Shown here piece after piece: positions 31,059 through 41,205 of a stretch of DNA of 64,000 bases (position 1 is the first letter of the stretch; each line of letters begins with the position of its first letter). Made by a program: the position numbers and the translations under genes. Below the pieces are notes generated by a model that was not told the origin of the DNA, ran no database searches, and was given only the letters and a program-made list of their open reading frames with translations. The DNA is from an uncultured Actinomycetes bacterium (GTDB taxonomy: Bacteria; Actinomycetota; Thermoleophilia; UBA2241): the NCBI GenBank assembly GCA_963709345.1, contig CAVPVX010000001.1, positions 160,001 to 224,000 on the forward strand, given 5' to 3'.

Positions 31059-31520
31059 CTACAGTCCGAAGCGCACGGTGAGGGTGTAGGTGCCACTCCC
31101 GCTCTCCAAGCCGTAGACGCGAGCTTCGTACTTCCCCGAGCCGGCGATCGTGTAGGTGAGGGCGTCGTCGTCCGAATACCTCTCTTCCCACTCCGCGAGC
31201 ACGGCGCCGGTCGCGACCTCCACCAGCTTGAGAAGCGGCACAAAGCCGTCGGCGCCGACCTCGACGACGACGACGTCCCCGATCTCGGCGTCGAACTCGT
31301 ACGCGTCGTAGGGCAGGCCGGCGTGGTCCGGATCGCGCGTGTCGCCGGGCCCGATCGAACCCGACTCCTCGAGTACCGGCGGCGAGTGATCACCCGTCGT
31401 GTCCGCCGCCTTCCCGCAGCCCACAAGAAGGCCCACCGAGAGACCGGCCGCCAGCAGCATCAGGATGGCACGAGTCGCGCGCCGCGGGATCCGGTCTTCC
31501 CGTCCACCTGTCGATGTCAT
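31059..31520 (-). CDS. Lipoprotein with PPC-like beta-sandwich domain
   Basis: Lipobox LLVGC; YDAYEFDAEIGD, GSGTYTLTV. Confidence 0.75.
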   Translation of the reverse strand: MTSTGGREDRIPRRATRAILMLLAAGLSVGLLVGCGKAADTTGDHSPPVLEESGSIGPGDTRDPDHAGLPYDAYEFDAEIGDVVVVEVGADGFVPLLKLVEVATGAVLAEWEERYSDDDALTYTIAGSGKYEARVYGLESGSGTYTLTVRFGL

Positions 31521-31544
31521 GAGTACGCACCTCCTTGGGGGCCG

Positions 31545-33947
31545 TCAGGACGAACGCTCGCGAACCACCGCCGCGACATCGATCCTGTCGACGGCGCGAA
31601 GCACCGGCCACTGTGACACCAGCGCGGCGACGATCAGGATCACCGCGACCAGCAGCGGCGTCGCCGGGCGCAGAGCCAGATCGAAGGAGAACAGGTCACT
31701 GCTGAAGGAGGCCATGAACGCCTTCGCCGCGTAGTAGCCGATGATCAGGCCCGGAACGATGCCGATCAGCGTGAGCAGCAGGTTCTCGCTCGAGACGAGC
31801 AGGGTCAGCCCCCAGCGTCCCATGCCGGCGGCACGCAGTGACGCCAGTTCCGTGAGGCGTTCGGAGATGTTGGCGGCCATCGTCGTGTAGATGAGCGCGA
31901 AGGCCATCACGCCCCCGAGCACCACCATGAGCCCGACGAACGCGTAGAAGAGCCCCATGTACGACTGCATCGTGTCGTAGATCGCCTGCGAATCGACCAC
32001 GGCGCCGACCTCCGGAAGAGCCGCGATGCGCGAGCGCACCTGCTTGCCGTCGGCGCCCGCAACGAAGGTCACCATCGCCGCGTTCACCGGATCGGGCGCG
32101 TTCGGACCCAGCGACCGCCTGAGCGCCGGCGACGACATGTACGCGAACGTGCCCAGGGGTTCGTCCACGAACCCGGCGACCCGCTCATGGATGGTGGCGC
32201 CGAGCGAAGGCAACCGCACGGTCACCTCGTCGCCGATCGCCACGTCGAGAAGGTCGCTGAGGGACTGCCCCATGAGCAGCCCTGAAGCAGGGAGCTCGAT
32301 CTGCTTCCCATCCGCACTATAGAAACCGTGCGCGTGTGTATCCGTCTCATACGCCTGAAGCACCGTGCTGTACGCGCCGGAAGAGGACTCCAGGGCGACC
32401 GGCACGTCGGTGACGGGCTCGGCACGCGCAACGCCCTCGACGGCGGCGACCGCGGCGACCGCGGCGAGATCCTGCCGAGTGGACGTGGGCTGGGCCACGC
32501 CGCCATCGCTCCCAGCCGCGAAGTACGCCTCGGCGTCCTGCCGCTGGATGTCGACGAACTGCCGCTGCATCAACACGTCGATCGTGTCCAGCATGCCCCA
32601 CGACGCGAGGATCAGGGTCGCGGCGAGGACGATTCCGAGCACAGTCGAGAGCGACCGTCGCCGGCTGCGGCCGATGCCGCGAAACACCATCTTCCAGCGC
32701 GTCGGCAACCCGCGCAGCGGCGGGGCGACGCGCTCCACGAGACTCTTGCCCCCATGCCCGGGGCCGATCTGGCCCCGCATCGCCGTGGCCGGCGTCAGAC
32801 GCGACGCTCGCGCCGCCGGAGCGAGCGTCGAGAGCGACCCCGCCGCAAGAGCGAATGCGAGGCCGACGACGATCGTCACGGGATGGAACTGGATGACGTG
32901 GATGGGCACTGAAACGGCGTCCGCGTACATCCGGGTCACGAAGCGTGCCAGCACCATGCCGACGATGAGCCCGGGGACGGCACCGATGAGGGCGGCCGCG
33001 AGCCCGAAGGACAGGTAGTGGCGGAACACGGTGCGCCGCTCGAACCCGTTGGCGAGGAGCAGCCCGACGATCGCCTGCTGCGACAGCACGAGTCTCGTCA
33101 GCAGGATGTACGTCGCCATCGCCGCGGCGCCGAGAAACAGCACGGGGAACATGACGGCCATCTCTCCGAACCCATTGATGTCTTCGCTCAGGGCTGCATT
33201 CGACGGCTGTTGTTCCTGCGTGAAGGCGTCGGTCGCGCCGCCCCGGCGCGCCACGTCCCGGAGCTGTACGTCGACGGCGGCGCGGTCCGCGTCCGGAGCG
33301 TAGCCGAAGAGCACCTGGCTCGTCACCGCCGATGGCGGCAGGTCGTCGAGCAGCGTCTCGGACGCGAACATGACGCCGAAGTCGTCCTGCGAGACGAGGA
33401 TCTCCTGACGACTCGGCGCCGGCCAGAGATACTCGGCGGAGGCGGCTTCGCCGAGCATCGCCACGGTGATCCACCCGGAGTCGCCCAGCGCCTTGAGCCT
33501 CGCCCCCGGCCCGAGCTGGAAGTGCTCGGCCATGTGCTTCTCGACGAGGACGCCGTCCGGCCGGTCCGGAGACAAGTACTCGCCGTCGAGGACCATGACG
33601 CCGTTCAGGGGCGGCTGCCCGCCGGCCGGAAGGCCGACGAGCCGCCCGATCAGCTTCTGGTCGCCGACCGTGACGGGCACGTCCGCGACGCGTCGCCGTG
33701 CGGCGGTCGCGACGCCGCGGACCGCCTTGCCCTCGGCAAGGATCGCCTGCGTGTCGCCGCCGCTCACGGTGAAGTCGGCGAACCGGGTGATGTCGAAGAC
33801 GCGTTGGTAGGACGCCTTGAGATTCGCGTACGCGTCATAGGAGAGTGCGAAGAGAACCAGACCGAGGAAGATGGTCAGGATGACGGCCGCGAACTGCCCC
33901 CGACGGGCGCGCACGTCACGGCGCATCTTGCGGGTGAGCAGGCTCAC
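31545..33947 (-). CDS. ABC transporter permease (duplicated MacB/FtsX)
   Basis: Two FtsX-like modules; ERLTELASLRAAG. Confidence 0.92.
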   Translation of the reverse strand: MSLLTRKMRRDVRARRGQFAAVILTIFLGLVLFALSYDAYANLKASYQRVFDITRFADFTVSGGDTQAILAEGKAVRGVATAARRRVADVPVTVGDQKLIGRLVGLPAGGQPPLNGVMVLDGEYLSPDRPDGVLVEKHMAEHFQLGPGARLKALGDSGWITVAMLGEAASAEYLWPAPSRQEILVSQDDFGVMFASETLLDDLPPSAVTSQVLFGYAPDADRAAVDVQLRDVARRGGATDAFTQEQQPSNAALSEDINGFGEMAVMFPVLFLGAAAMATYILLTRLVLSQQAIVGLLLANGFERRTVFRHYLSFGLAAALIGAVPGLIVGMVLARFVTRMYADAVSVPIHVIQFHPVTIVVGLAFALAAGSLSTLAPAARASRLTPATAMRGQIGPGHGGKSLVERVAPPLRGLPTRWKMVFRGIGRSRRRSLSTVLGIVLAATLILASWGMLDTIDVLMQRQFVDIQRQDAEAYFAAGSDGGVAQPTSTRQDLAAVAAVAAVEGVARAEPVTDVPVALESSSGAYSTVLQAYETDTHAHGFYSADGKQIELPASGLLMGQSLSDLLDVAIGDEVTVRLPSLGATIHERVAGFVDEPLGTFAYMSSPALRRSLGPNAPDPVNAAMVTFVAGADGKQVRSRIAALPEVGAVVDSQAIYDTMQSYMGLFYAFVGLMVVLGGVMAFALIYTTMAANISERLTELASLRAAGMGRWGLTLLVSSENLLLTLIGIVPGLIIGYYAAKAFMASFSSDLFSFDLALRPATPLLVAVILIVAALVSQWPVLRAVDRIDVAAVVRERSS

Positions 33948-33960
33948 GAGACCCCTCGCG

Positions 33961-34689
33961 TCACCAGCTCACGCCAGACGCGGGCAGCGGATCGGGATTC
34001 CGCTCGTCGGAGACGATCTCCCCGGAGCGCAGCCGGACCACCCGATCAGCCGCGTCGGCGATCGCCGAGTTGTGGGTGACGACGACCACGGCGCGCGCGC
34101 CCTCATGCGCCGCGTCCTGCAGAAGCTCGAGCACCTGTCGCCCGGTGTCCAGATCGAGGGAGCCCGTCGGCTCGTCGCAGAGCAGGAGTCGAGGCTGTTT
34201 GACGAGAGCCCGGGCGATGGCCACGCGTTGTTGCTGCCCTCCCGACAAGGAGCCGGGGAATCGGTCGGCGTGCTCGCCGAGCCCGACGGCCTCCAGGGCA
34301 CGCCGGCTCTCGTCGCCCCGTCCCACGAGCTCGGCGATCAGCTGCACGTTCTCGAGCGACGTCAGCGTCGGCACCAGGTTGAAGAACTGGAAGACGAAGC
34401 CCACCTCCTCACGCCTGTAGCGGGTGAGCTCCTCACGGTCGAGGGCGGCCAGGTCGCGACCGTCGACAGACAGGCGGCCTGCGGTGAGCCGCTCTATGCC
34501 ACCGATGAGATCGAGAAAGGTCGTCTTGCCCGAGCCGCTCGGGCCGAGCAGGACGATGAGCTGGCCGGGTCGGATGCTCATGGTCGCGGGTCGCAGAGCA
34601 TGCACGGCAAGCTCACCCGTGCCGTAGGTCTTGGCGGCACCCTCCATCACGACGAGGCCGTCATCCGCTGGGTGTCTGTCGCCGGGCAC
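33961..34689 (-). CDS. ABC transporter ATP-binding protein (LolD/MacB-type)
   Basis: GPSGSGKTT, LSGGQQQRVAIARAL, CDEPTG. Confidence 0.95.
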   Translation of the reverse strand: MPGDRHPADDGLVVMEGAAKTYGTGELAVHALRPATMSIRPGQLIVLLGPSGSGKTTFLDLIGGIERLTAGRLSVDGRDLAALDREELTRYRREEVGFVFQFFNLVPTLTSLENVQLIAELVGRGDESRRALEAVGLGEHADRFPGSLSGGQQQRVAIARALVKQPRLLLCDEPTGSLDLDTGRQVLELLQDAAHEGARAVVVVTHNSAIADAADRVVRLRSGEIVSDERNPDPLPASGVSW

Positions 34690-34811
34690 GCCGCTCCTTC
34701 CCCACTCACCGCCGGCCGGCTACGCAATGGCACCGGCCATATCTCGCCCGCGCCCACGCGTCTTGCCGTCACGGGCGCCCTAGCAGTCTACCCCCGTGAC
34801 ACGTGTGGGCC

Positions 34812-35080
34812 TCAAAGGAGCACGGTCGTCGTCGACACTTCATCCAGCAACGGGGCGAGCCGGCACCTGATCTCTTCGAGATGCTCCGACCGCGTCACGA
34901 GGAGGAGCTCGTCCTCACGACCGATCACCCTGTCCGGTGCGGCGAACAGCGTCTCATCACCACGACGCACGCTGAGGACCAGCGTGTCGGCGGGCCATGC
35001 GGCCTCGGTGACGCTCTTGCCGACCAGGCCCGAGTCCGACGCCGGACGACCCTCCACCAGCACACCGCGGGCGGCGAGTG
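34812..35080 (-). pseudogene. TrkA-C domain fragment
   Basis: SGLVGKSV....WPADTLVLSVRRG. Confidence 0.55.
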
Positions 35081-35094
35081 CGTCGAGACGGCGA

Positions 35095-35270
35095 GCTCCA
35101 CAGCGTGTACTGGTTCATCACGCCCGAGTACACTGGCGGCGAGAGCCAGGAGAGCATCTCGCACGCCCTCTCATCGTTCTCCGGCGGAGTGAACGCCGCC
35201 GTGGCCGCAGCCACCCCGCAGTCGTCGAGCACCGGCGGCGGCGGGTTCTCCGGTGACGGCGGCTTTTCGG
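35095..35270 (+). pseudogene. C-terminal remnant of a DUF2207-like protein
   Basis: YWF...SSFS...AATPQSSSTGGGGFSG.GG tail, in frame with the next gene. Confidence 0.5.
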
Positions 35271-35431
35271 TGACAGCGGCTTCTCTGGCGGAGGCGGTGG
35301 CGCGGATTGACGCCCCATCGACACGACCCCACGAACACGGCCGGCGGGGCACGGACGGGGTAGAAGGGATGCAGATCCGTGGCCAGAATGAGTCAGAAAT
35401 GAGTCCGAGTCCGGCATCACAGCCTTCTGGT

Positions 35432-36715
35432 ATGGCGCGCAGCGACCGGCACCTGCGCGTTCTCTGCCTGGAGGATTCACCCGATGACGCCGAGCTGGTG
35501 GCAAGGACGCTAAGACGAGCCGGCTACCAGATCGACCTTGCCGTGGCGCCGGACAAGCGGCGTTACGAGGAGATGCTCGCCGACGGACCCTACGATGTCA
35601 TCCTCGCCGACTTCGCCCTCCCGGGCATCAACGCCCCGGAGGCGCTGGAGCTCGCCGGCGCGACCTGCACAGGCATGCCGTTCATCTGCGTTTCCGGCAC
35701 GATCGGCGAGGAGGCCACCGTCGAACTGCTCAAACAGGGCGCGGACGACTGTGTCCTCAAGGACAAGATGGGCCGCCTGCCGTTCGCCGTACAGCGCGCC
35801 ATCGAAGACAGGGCGCACGCGCAGACGCTGGCCGACAGCGAACGGCGCTTTCGCTCGCTGTTCGAGAACCTCCTCAACGGCTACGCCTATTGCCGGATGA
35901 TCTATGACGCCGCGGGAGAGCCGGCCGACTTCGTCTTCCGCGAGGTCAACCCCGCCTTCGAGCTTCTGACCGGCCTGAAGGACGTCGCCGGCAGACCAGT
36001 CTCGGAGGTCGTGCCCGGGATCAGGGAGGTGAGCCCCGAGCTCTTCGAGATCTGCGGTCGAGTCGCCCGCAGCGGCAGTCCCGAGACCATCACTTTCGAC
36101 TTCGCGTCGCTCGCCTTGCGGGTGTTCATCGCGGTGTACAGCTCGGAACCAGGATCGTTCGTCGCGCTCTTCGAGGACATCACCGAGCGCCACAAGGCGG
36201 AACTGGCGCTCCGGCAGCAGGAGGAGGACATCCGCCGGGCCTACGTGGACGTGCTCGACGCGGTGACCGGCGGCAAGCTCATCCTCCTCACCGAGGAAGC
36301 TTTCGCCGACGAGCTGGGCGGGCCACTCAACGATGCCATGCACATCACTGCGCCCGCGCAGCTGGCCGAGGCCCGTCGTCTGGTCGTCGAGGCATCCGAG
36401 CTCCGCTTTCCCGGGCGGATACGCCACGCCGACCTGCTCAGCCCGGTAGGCGAAGCTCTCGCCAACGCCCTCAAGCACGCTCGCGGCGGCACATGCCAGG
36501 TCTTCGCGAAGGATGGCTGTGTCCAGGTAGCCGTCACCGACGAGGGGGCGGGCATCGACTTCAGGACACTGCCGAAGGCCACGCTCGTGCCGGGCTTCTC
36601 CACTGCCGCCAGCCTCGGGATGGGATTCACGATCATGCTCCAGCTCTGCGATCGCGTGCTGCTGTGCACCCGCCCCGGCCGCACGCAAGTCGGATTGGAG
36701 TGGGCAGCCGGCTGA
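35432..36715 (+). CDS. REC - PAS - RsbW-like HATPase_c protein
   Basis: LCLEDSPDD, ILADFALP, PAS FRSLFENL; C-terminal module highly similar to that of 5336-6847; start uncertain. Confidence 0.85.
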   Translation: MARSDRHLRVLCLEDSPDDAELVARTLRRAGYQIDLAVAPDKRRYEEMLADGPYDVILADFALPGINAPEALELAGATCTGMPFICVSGTIGEEATVELLKQGADDCVLKDKMGRLPFAVQRAIEDRAHAQTLADSERRFRSLFENLLNGYAYCRMIYDAAGEPADFVFREVNPAFELLTGLKDVAGRPVSEVVPGIREVSPELFEICGRVARSGSPETITFDFASLALRVFIAVYSSEPGSFVALFEDITERHKAELALRQQEEDIRRAYVDVLDAVTGGKLILLTEEAFADELGGPLNDAMHITAPAQLAEARRLVVEASELRFPGRIRHADLLSPVGEALANALKHARGGTCQVFAKDGCVQVAVTDEGAGIDFRTLPKATLVPGFSTAASLGMGFTIMLQLCDRVLLCTRPGRTQVGLEWAAG

Positions 36716-36940
36716 AGGCCCTTGGCTGCCCGACGCAAATCACGCGGCGCCCGGATTGCCGCACCCCGCGGGCGTGGCCGATACCGCCGCCAGGGCGCCC
36801 GCGAGCAACGCGCGCGCAGAACCCCCTGTCGGCCAGCCGGCTCCACTCCACGGACGCGAGGCGGCCCTGAACTCATGGTGCTGCCGTCGCGGCGGGCATA
36901 GAATGTCGCCCTCAGCACCGGCACCGAGGAGACGCGCCCC

Positions 36941-38362
36941 ATGCGCCGCATTGGCATCCGCCGAGAGGACAAGGACCCCTGGGAGGCTCGCGTCCCTCTG
37001 ATCCCCGACGACGTCGCCAGTCTCACGAGCTCGGGCACCGTGGAGATCGTCGTGCAGCCCTCTCCGCAGCGCGTCTTCACCGAGGATGAGTACGTGCGCG
37101 CCGGAGCACGCATCGACGAGGACCTCAGCACCTGCGACATCGTCGTGGCCGTCAAAGAGATTCCTCGTGAACTCTTCACGCCCGGCGCGACCTACGCGTT
37201 CTTCTCGCACACCATCAAGGGGCAGCCCTACAACATGGACATGCTCCGGCGCTTGATGGAGCTGGAGTGCGAATTGATCGACTACGAGCGGATCACCGAC
37301 CACCGCGGGCAGCGGCTCATCTTCTTCTCGCGGTTCGCGGGACTCGCGGGCGCCATCGACAGTCTGTGGACGCTCGGCCGCCGATTGGAGTGGGAGGGCC
37401 TCACGCCGAATCCCTTCGCCACCCTCGAGCAGACGTACCGCTACCCGACACTCGAGGCGGCGCTCGAGGCAGTGCGTGAAGTCGGAGCGCGCATCGCCGC
37501 CGACGGCCTGCCCGCCGAGATCTGCCCGTTCGTGATCGGGATCACCGGCTACGGCAACGTCTCGCTCGGCGCGCAGGAGGTCGTCGCCGCGCTTGACGCC
37601 GTCGCAGTGAGTCCGGACCGGCTCGACGAGCTGTCTGCGGGCGGCGCCGCGGCGCACTCCTCCAGTCGTTCCGCCGTCAATGGCCGCCACACCGCTTACG
37701 CGGTCGTGTTCGCCGAGCGGGACTTCGTGGCGCGGCGCGACGCCGCCCAGCCGTTCGCGCTGGACGAGTACTTTCGGCATCCGGATCTGTACCAAGGCAC
37801 CTTCGAGCGCCGCCTGCCGCAGCTCACGCTGCTCCTCAACTGCGTGTTCTGGGACACGCCGTACCCCCGGCTCGTGACGAGGGCGGCGATCGGCGAGCTC
37901 TTCGCCGCCCCCATCGCGCCGCGCCTGAGGGTCATCGGCGACATCAGCTGCGACATCGAGGGATCCGTGGAGCTGACGGTCAAGGAGACCCACATCGACC
38001 GGCCGGTCTACGTCTACGACGCCGTCACCGGCGCCGTCACGGATGGCGTGGAGGGTCGCGGCCCAGTGGTGCTCGCCGTGGGCAACCTGCCGTGCGAGCT
38101 CTCGCGAGAGTCGTCCACCGCCTTCAGCGCAGCGCTCTCACCCTTGGTGCCCGCCCTGGCCGTGGCCGACCTCTCCCTGCCGCTCGAGCGGCTGAGCCTG
38201 CCGCCCGAGCTCCTTCGCGCGCTCATACTGCATCACGGCGAGCTCACTCCGGACTACGAGTACATGTGGCGGTTCGTGCACACCGTGCCGCCCGCCGGCG
38301 ACGCGCTGCCCGCCGGCGACGCAGCGCAGTCCGCCACCGAGCCCCAACCCCCTCGCGACTGA
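36941..38362 (+). CDS. Lysine-ketoglutarate reductase / saccharopine dehydrogenase-like protein (AlaDh/PNT fold)
   Basis: IGIRREDK..WEARVPL.P, VKEIP, FFSHTIKGQPYNM, IDYE, GYGNVS.GAQE, IGDISCDIEGSVE, NLPCEL. Confidence 0.85.
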   Translation: MRRIGIRREDKDPWEARVPLIPDDVASLTSSGTVEIVVQPSPQRVFTEDEYVRAGARIDEDLSTCDIVVAVKEIPRELFTPGATYAFFSHTIKGQPYNMDMLRRLMELECELIDYERITDHRGQRLIFFSRFAGLAGAIDSLWTLGRRLEWEGLTPNPFATLEQTYRYPTLEAALEAVREVGARIAADGLPAEICPFVIGITGYGNVSLGAQEVVAALDAVAVSPDRLDELSAGGAAAHSSSRSAVNGRHTAYAVVFAERDFVARRDAAQPFALDEYFRHPDLYQGTFERRLPQLTLLLNCVFWDTPYPRLVTRAAIGELFAAPIAPRLRVIGDISCDIEGSVELTVKETHIDRPVYVYDAVTGAVTDGVEGRGPVVLAVGNLPCELSRESSTAFSAALSPLVPALAVADLSLPLERLSLPPELLRALILHHGELTPDYEYMWRFVHTVPPAGDALPAGDAAQSATEPQPPRD

Positions 38363-38429
38363 AGATACAGGCGATCAGGAGGGCGCTGCTCGGCGCTCGA
38401 AAGGCCCGTGCACCTGGGGGAGAGCAGAG

Positions 38430-38505
38430 TGGTGGACCGCGCCGGAATCGAGCCGGCGACCTCCTCCGTGCGAGGGAGGCGCTCTCCCAACTGAGGTAGC
38501 GGCTC
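38430..38505 (-). tRNA. tRNA-Ala(CGC)-like copy 1, degenerate (possible pseudo-tRNA or att site)
   Basis: Cloverleaf with CGC anticodon, G3.U70 and encoded CCA; mismatches A2.C71 and C10.C25; T-loop CTCGATT. Confidence 0.7.
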
Positions 38506-38554
38506 ACGAGAGGGACAAGTACGGCGCGTGAAGACGGGGAGCCCGAGCGGGGCC
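38430..38554. repeat. 125-bp direct repeat, copy 1 (copy 2 at 40940-41064)
   Basis: Identical except for the T-arm and one leader base; offset 2510 bp. Confidence 0.92.
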
Positions 38555-38834
38555 GCGTTCGCGTTTTGGCAACGGCGCCCGCGTTGAGGCCGACAGGGCA
38601 CGGGTGTAGTGTTGCGAATAGGCTCCGAAGAGAACCTGTCAGGGCCAGGGCGCCACGCAGCTCAAAGCCGTAGCGCCACTCAGGGCCGCCGCGCAAACGG
38701 CGGCCCTCGTGTCTCTGGGGTCGGCCCCGGCCATCTGCATCCCACACGTGCGGCCTCGTCTGGACCCATCTGGCGCGGCCGGCACGCTCACCAGCGCAGG
38801 ACAGAGTGCTCGCCGCCACGGTCGAGTCAAGCGG

Positions 38835-39747
38835 TCAGCGCGTGGATGGCTCCGGTCGAACGTACTCGTATGCCGCAGCATCCCAGCCGCCTTTCTCGAT
38901 GGCCACGCGATAGACGCTGTCGAGGAAGCTGAGGATCGCCCGGCGCGGTTCATCCGACGTCCGCACCGCCTCATATGGCAGGGACCACATTCCCATGGCC
39001 TCTATCCAGCCCGCGTAGCGAGGGCTCGATCGAGGCGTTCTCGCAGCCTTCAGGCCTCGGGGTCAGGTATGCGTAGAAGCTCGCAGGCGCGTTTTCGTCA
39101 CCCGGCCAGAAGCCTGCGCTCATGTGTTCGGCGTCAAGATCGTAGCGCATGATGTAGCCGCGATCGTCGGGCGCCGGCATGTGCGCTCCGTTGAACAGAA
39201 GCACCGAGAAGTCGAAGCCGCCCCACCACAGCTGGACGCCGCTGCGTCCGAAGAAGGACGAGCGAAACTCCTCGAATGCGCCGTTGACACTCGCCAGCAG
39301 CTGGTAGAAGCGCTGCGCGTGCTCCGCGACGATCGTGCCGTCGCGGGTGTTCTCCGAGAACGGCGTGGTATCGGCGACTTCCTGGGGCTTCTCCCAGATA
39401 TCGACATCGATGCCGAGGCCGGCGAGCGCCCCGGCGAAGTCCGCCCAGATGTCGGCGATGCACCGGTCGGGCCCAAGAGGGACCACCACGCGACTGCCGT
39501 CGCTCACGTCGATCCGCAGCGAGACGTCATACACGTCGATGCCCATCGACACGAGACGATCGTCGAGCGGGATCGCCCCCGTCGTGAACCCTCGACCGTC
39601 GAGGAGGAGAGCGGCATGAAGCCACTCGGGCCGTGGGGGGGCCAGAGCTAGCCGCGCCTTTCCGAGCATTTGCGCGCAGAGCTGCAGCGTCGTCTTCGTC
39701 GCTGCCCACTCCCCAGGAGAAAGCGCGGGCCATCCTGCGTGTTCCAT
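38835..39747 (-). pseudogene. DUF5996-like protein, frameshifted near 39022
   Basis: W..TKTTLQLCAQMLGK, QLWWGGFD, SAGFWPGD, FYAY..P.P; C-terminus LPYEAVRTSDEP..LSFLDSVY..GGWD is in another frame. Confidence 0.75.
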
Positions 39748-39992
39748 GATCTCGTCTCCTCGTTCAAGGTTCTGCTCGATGCATAGGACTCCATCGAGCT
39801 ATTCCCACGGAGAAACACTCGATCGCGACGAGTCCCACTGCACCGATGCGGCGGCGCCACGGCGGGATCGTCGAGGGGGTCGAGGGCCGGCCCGGCTACC
39901 GGCTCACGACATGGCCGTTTCGCTGCAGTCGGAATCGCAGCCAGCGCCACAGCGGCACGCACCGCGACCCTTGAGGCCTCAGGCGTTGGAGT

Positions 39993-40628
39993 TCGCCCCT
40001 GCGCGCGATCGACGGGTTCAGCGCCATGGTGCTCGCCGACGACGGAGAAGCACTCAGCCCGGAGTCCGTGGCGCACCTGGAGCGGGCACGTCTCGCGGCC
40101 GAGCGCATGGCGCGACTGCTGGACGACGTGCTCGGGCTCTCCCGCGTCTCGCGCCGGGACCTGCTGCGCGCGCACGTGGATCTCAGCGCGCTGGCGCGGG
40201 AAGTGGCGGAAGAGCTTCGCGCTGAGCATCCCGCACGCGCGATCGAGGTCGTTGTCGCGCCGGGGATGAGCGCGGAGGCCGATCCCGCAATGGCGCGCAT
40301 GATCCTCCGCGAGCTGCTCGACAACGCCTGGAAGTTCACGAGTAGGCACGCGGCTGCGCGCGTCGAGGTCGGCGCCGAGGACACTGGCGGAGAGCACGCC
40401 TTCTTCGTGAGAGATGACGGCGCCGGCGTCGACCTGCGCCACGCGGAGCACCTCTTCGGCGTCTTCCAGCGTATGCACCCCTCGGACCAGTTCACGGGCC
40501 ACGGCGTGGGTTTGGCCACAGCGCAGCGGCTCGTGACCCGCCACGGCGGGCGCGTCTGGGCTGCGGGCGAAGTAGAGAAGGGCGCGACCTTCTACTTCAC
40601 ACTGCCGGAGACTGCTGCCTCGGCCTGA
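39993..40628 (+). pseudogene. Histidine kinase catalytic fragment truncated at the H-box
   Basis: Begins PLRAIDGFS (His missing); NAWKFT, DDGAG, GVGLAT present. Confidence 0.8.
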
Positions 40629-40860
40629 CGACCCCGTCGCACAGACGATCACCCGCGCTGGGTGCCCGCGCTCTGCCCCTGGCGCACCGAGTTCCTCACC
40701 CGTCACGCCTCCCACGTCCAGTCCTCGACCCGATTCCCCGGCTCCCGCGTCGCGCCGCTTGTAGAGAGAACCACACCGGCAGCGCAGCTTGCCGAGCGGT
40801 GACGCACCTCGCAGCGAGTTCCAGCCAGCCTCACTTCGTGCCATTCACTACCACGGATTT

Positions 40861-40881
40861 GGGTTGCAGCATGGTTGCAGA
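40861..40881. repeat. Arm-type site repeat GGTTGCAG x2
   Basis: gggttgcagcatggttgcaga, near-identical to 46046-46066. Confidence 0.65.
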
Positions 40882-40939
40882 GGGGCGTTCCGGGGGTCTT
40901 CCGGTGGGGCAGGCAGAACACGATTCACCTGCGAATCCT

Positions 40940-41015
40940 TGGTGGACCGCAGCGGGTTCGAACCGCTGACCTCCTCCGTGCGAGGGAGGCGCTCTCCCAA
41001 CTGAGGTAGCGGCTC
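40940..41015 (-). tRNA. tRNA-Ala(CGC)-like copy 2, degenerate (possible pseudo-tRNA or att site)
   Basis: CGC anticodon, G3.U70, canonical TTCGAAC T-loop, CCA; same A2 and C10 mismatches as copy 1. Confidence 0.72.
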
Positions 41016-41082
41016 ACGAGGGGGACAAGTACGGCGCGTGAAGACGGGGAGCCCGAGCGGGGCCATCGAGCCACGAGCACGT

Positions 41083-41115
41083 GGGTTGCGGATGGGTTGC
41101 GGATGGGTTGCGGAT
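41083..41115. repeat. 11-bp tandem repeat GGGTTGCGGAT x3 (arm-type sites)
   Basis: Read directly; same core motif and orientation as 40861 and 46046. Confidence 0.8.
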
Positions 41116-41205
41116 GGGGATTGCGGCAACACAGCATACCGATTGCCGGATTGGACTCCACGACCGGCGACAGACATGATCGAGGCCATGATCCGAGGGG
41201 AACGG

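Noticed and set aside
35078-35431. N-terminal extension of the 545-aa ORF as a genuine domain fusion
   Set aside because: It is a DUF2207-like C-terminal remnant plus low-complexity spacer that happens to be in frame.
41083-41125. GGGTTGCGGAT repeats and tRNA-like repeats as a CRISPR array
   Set aside because: No unique spacers of regular length and no cas genes.
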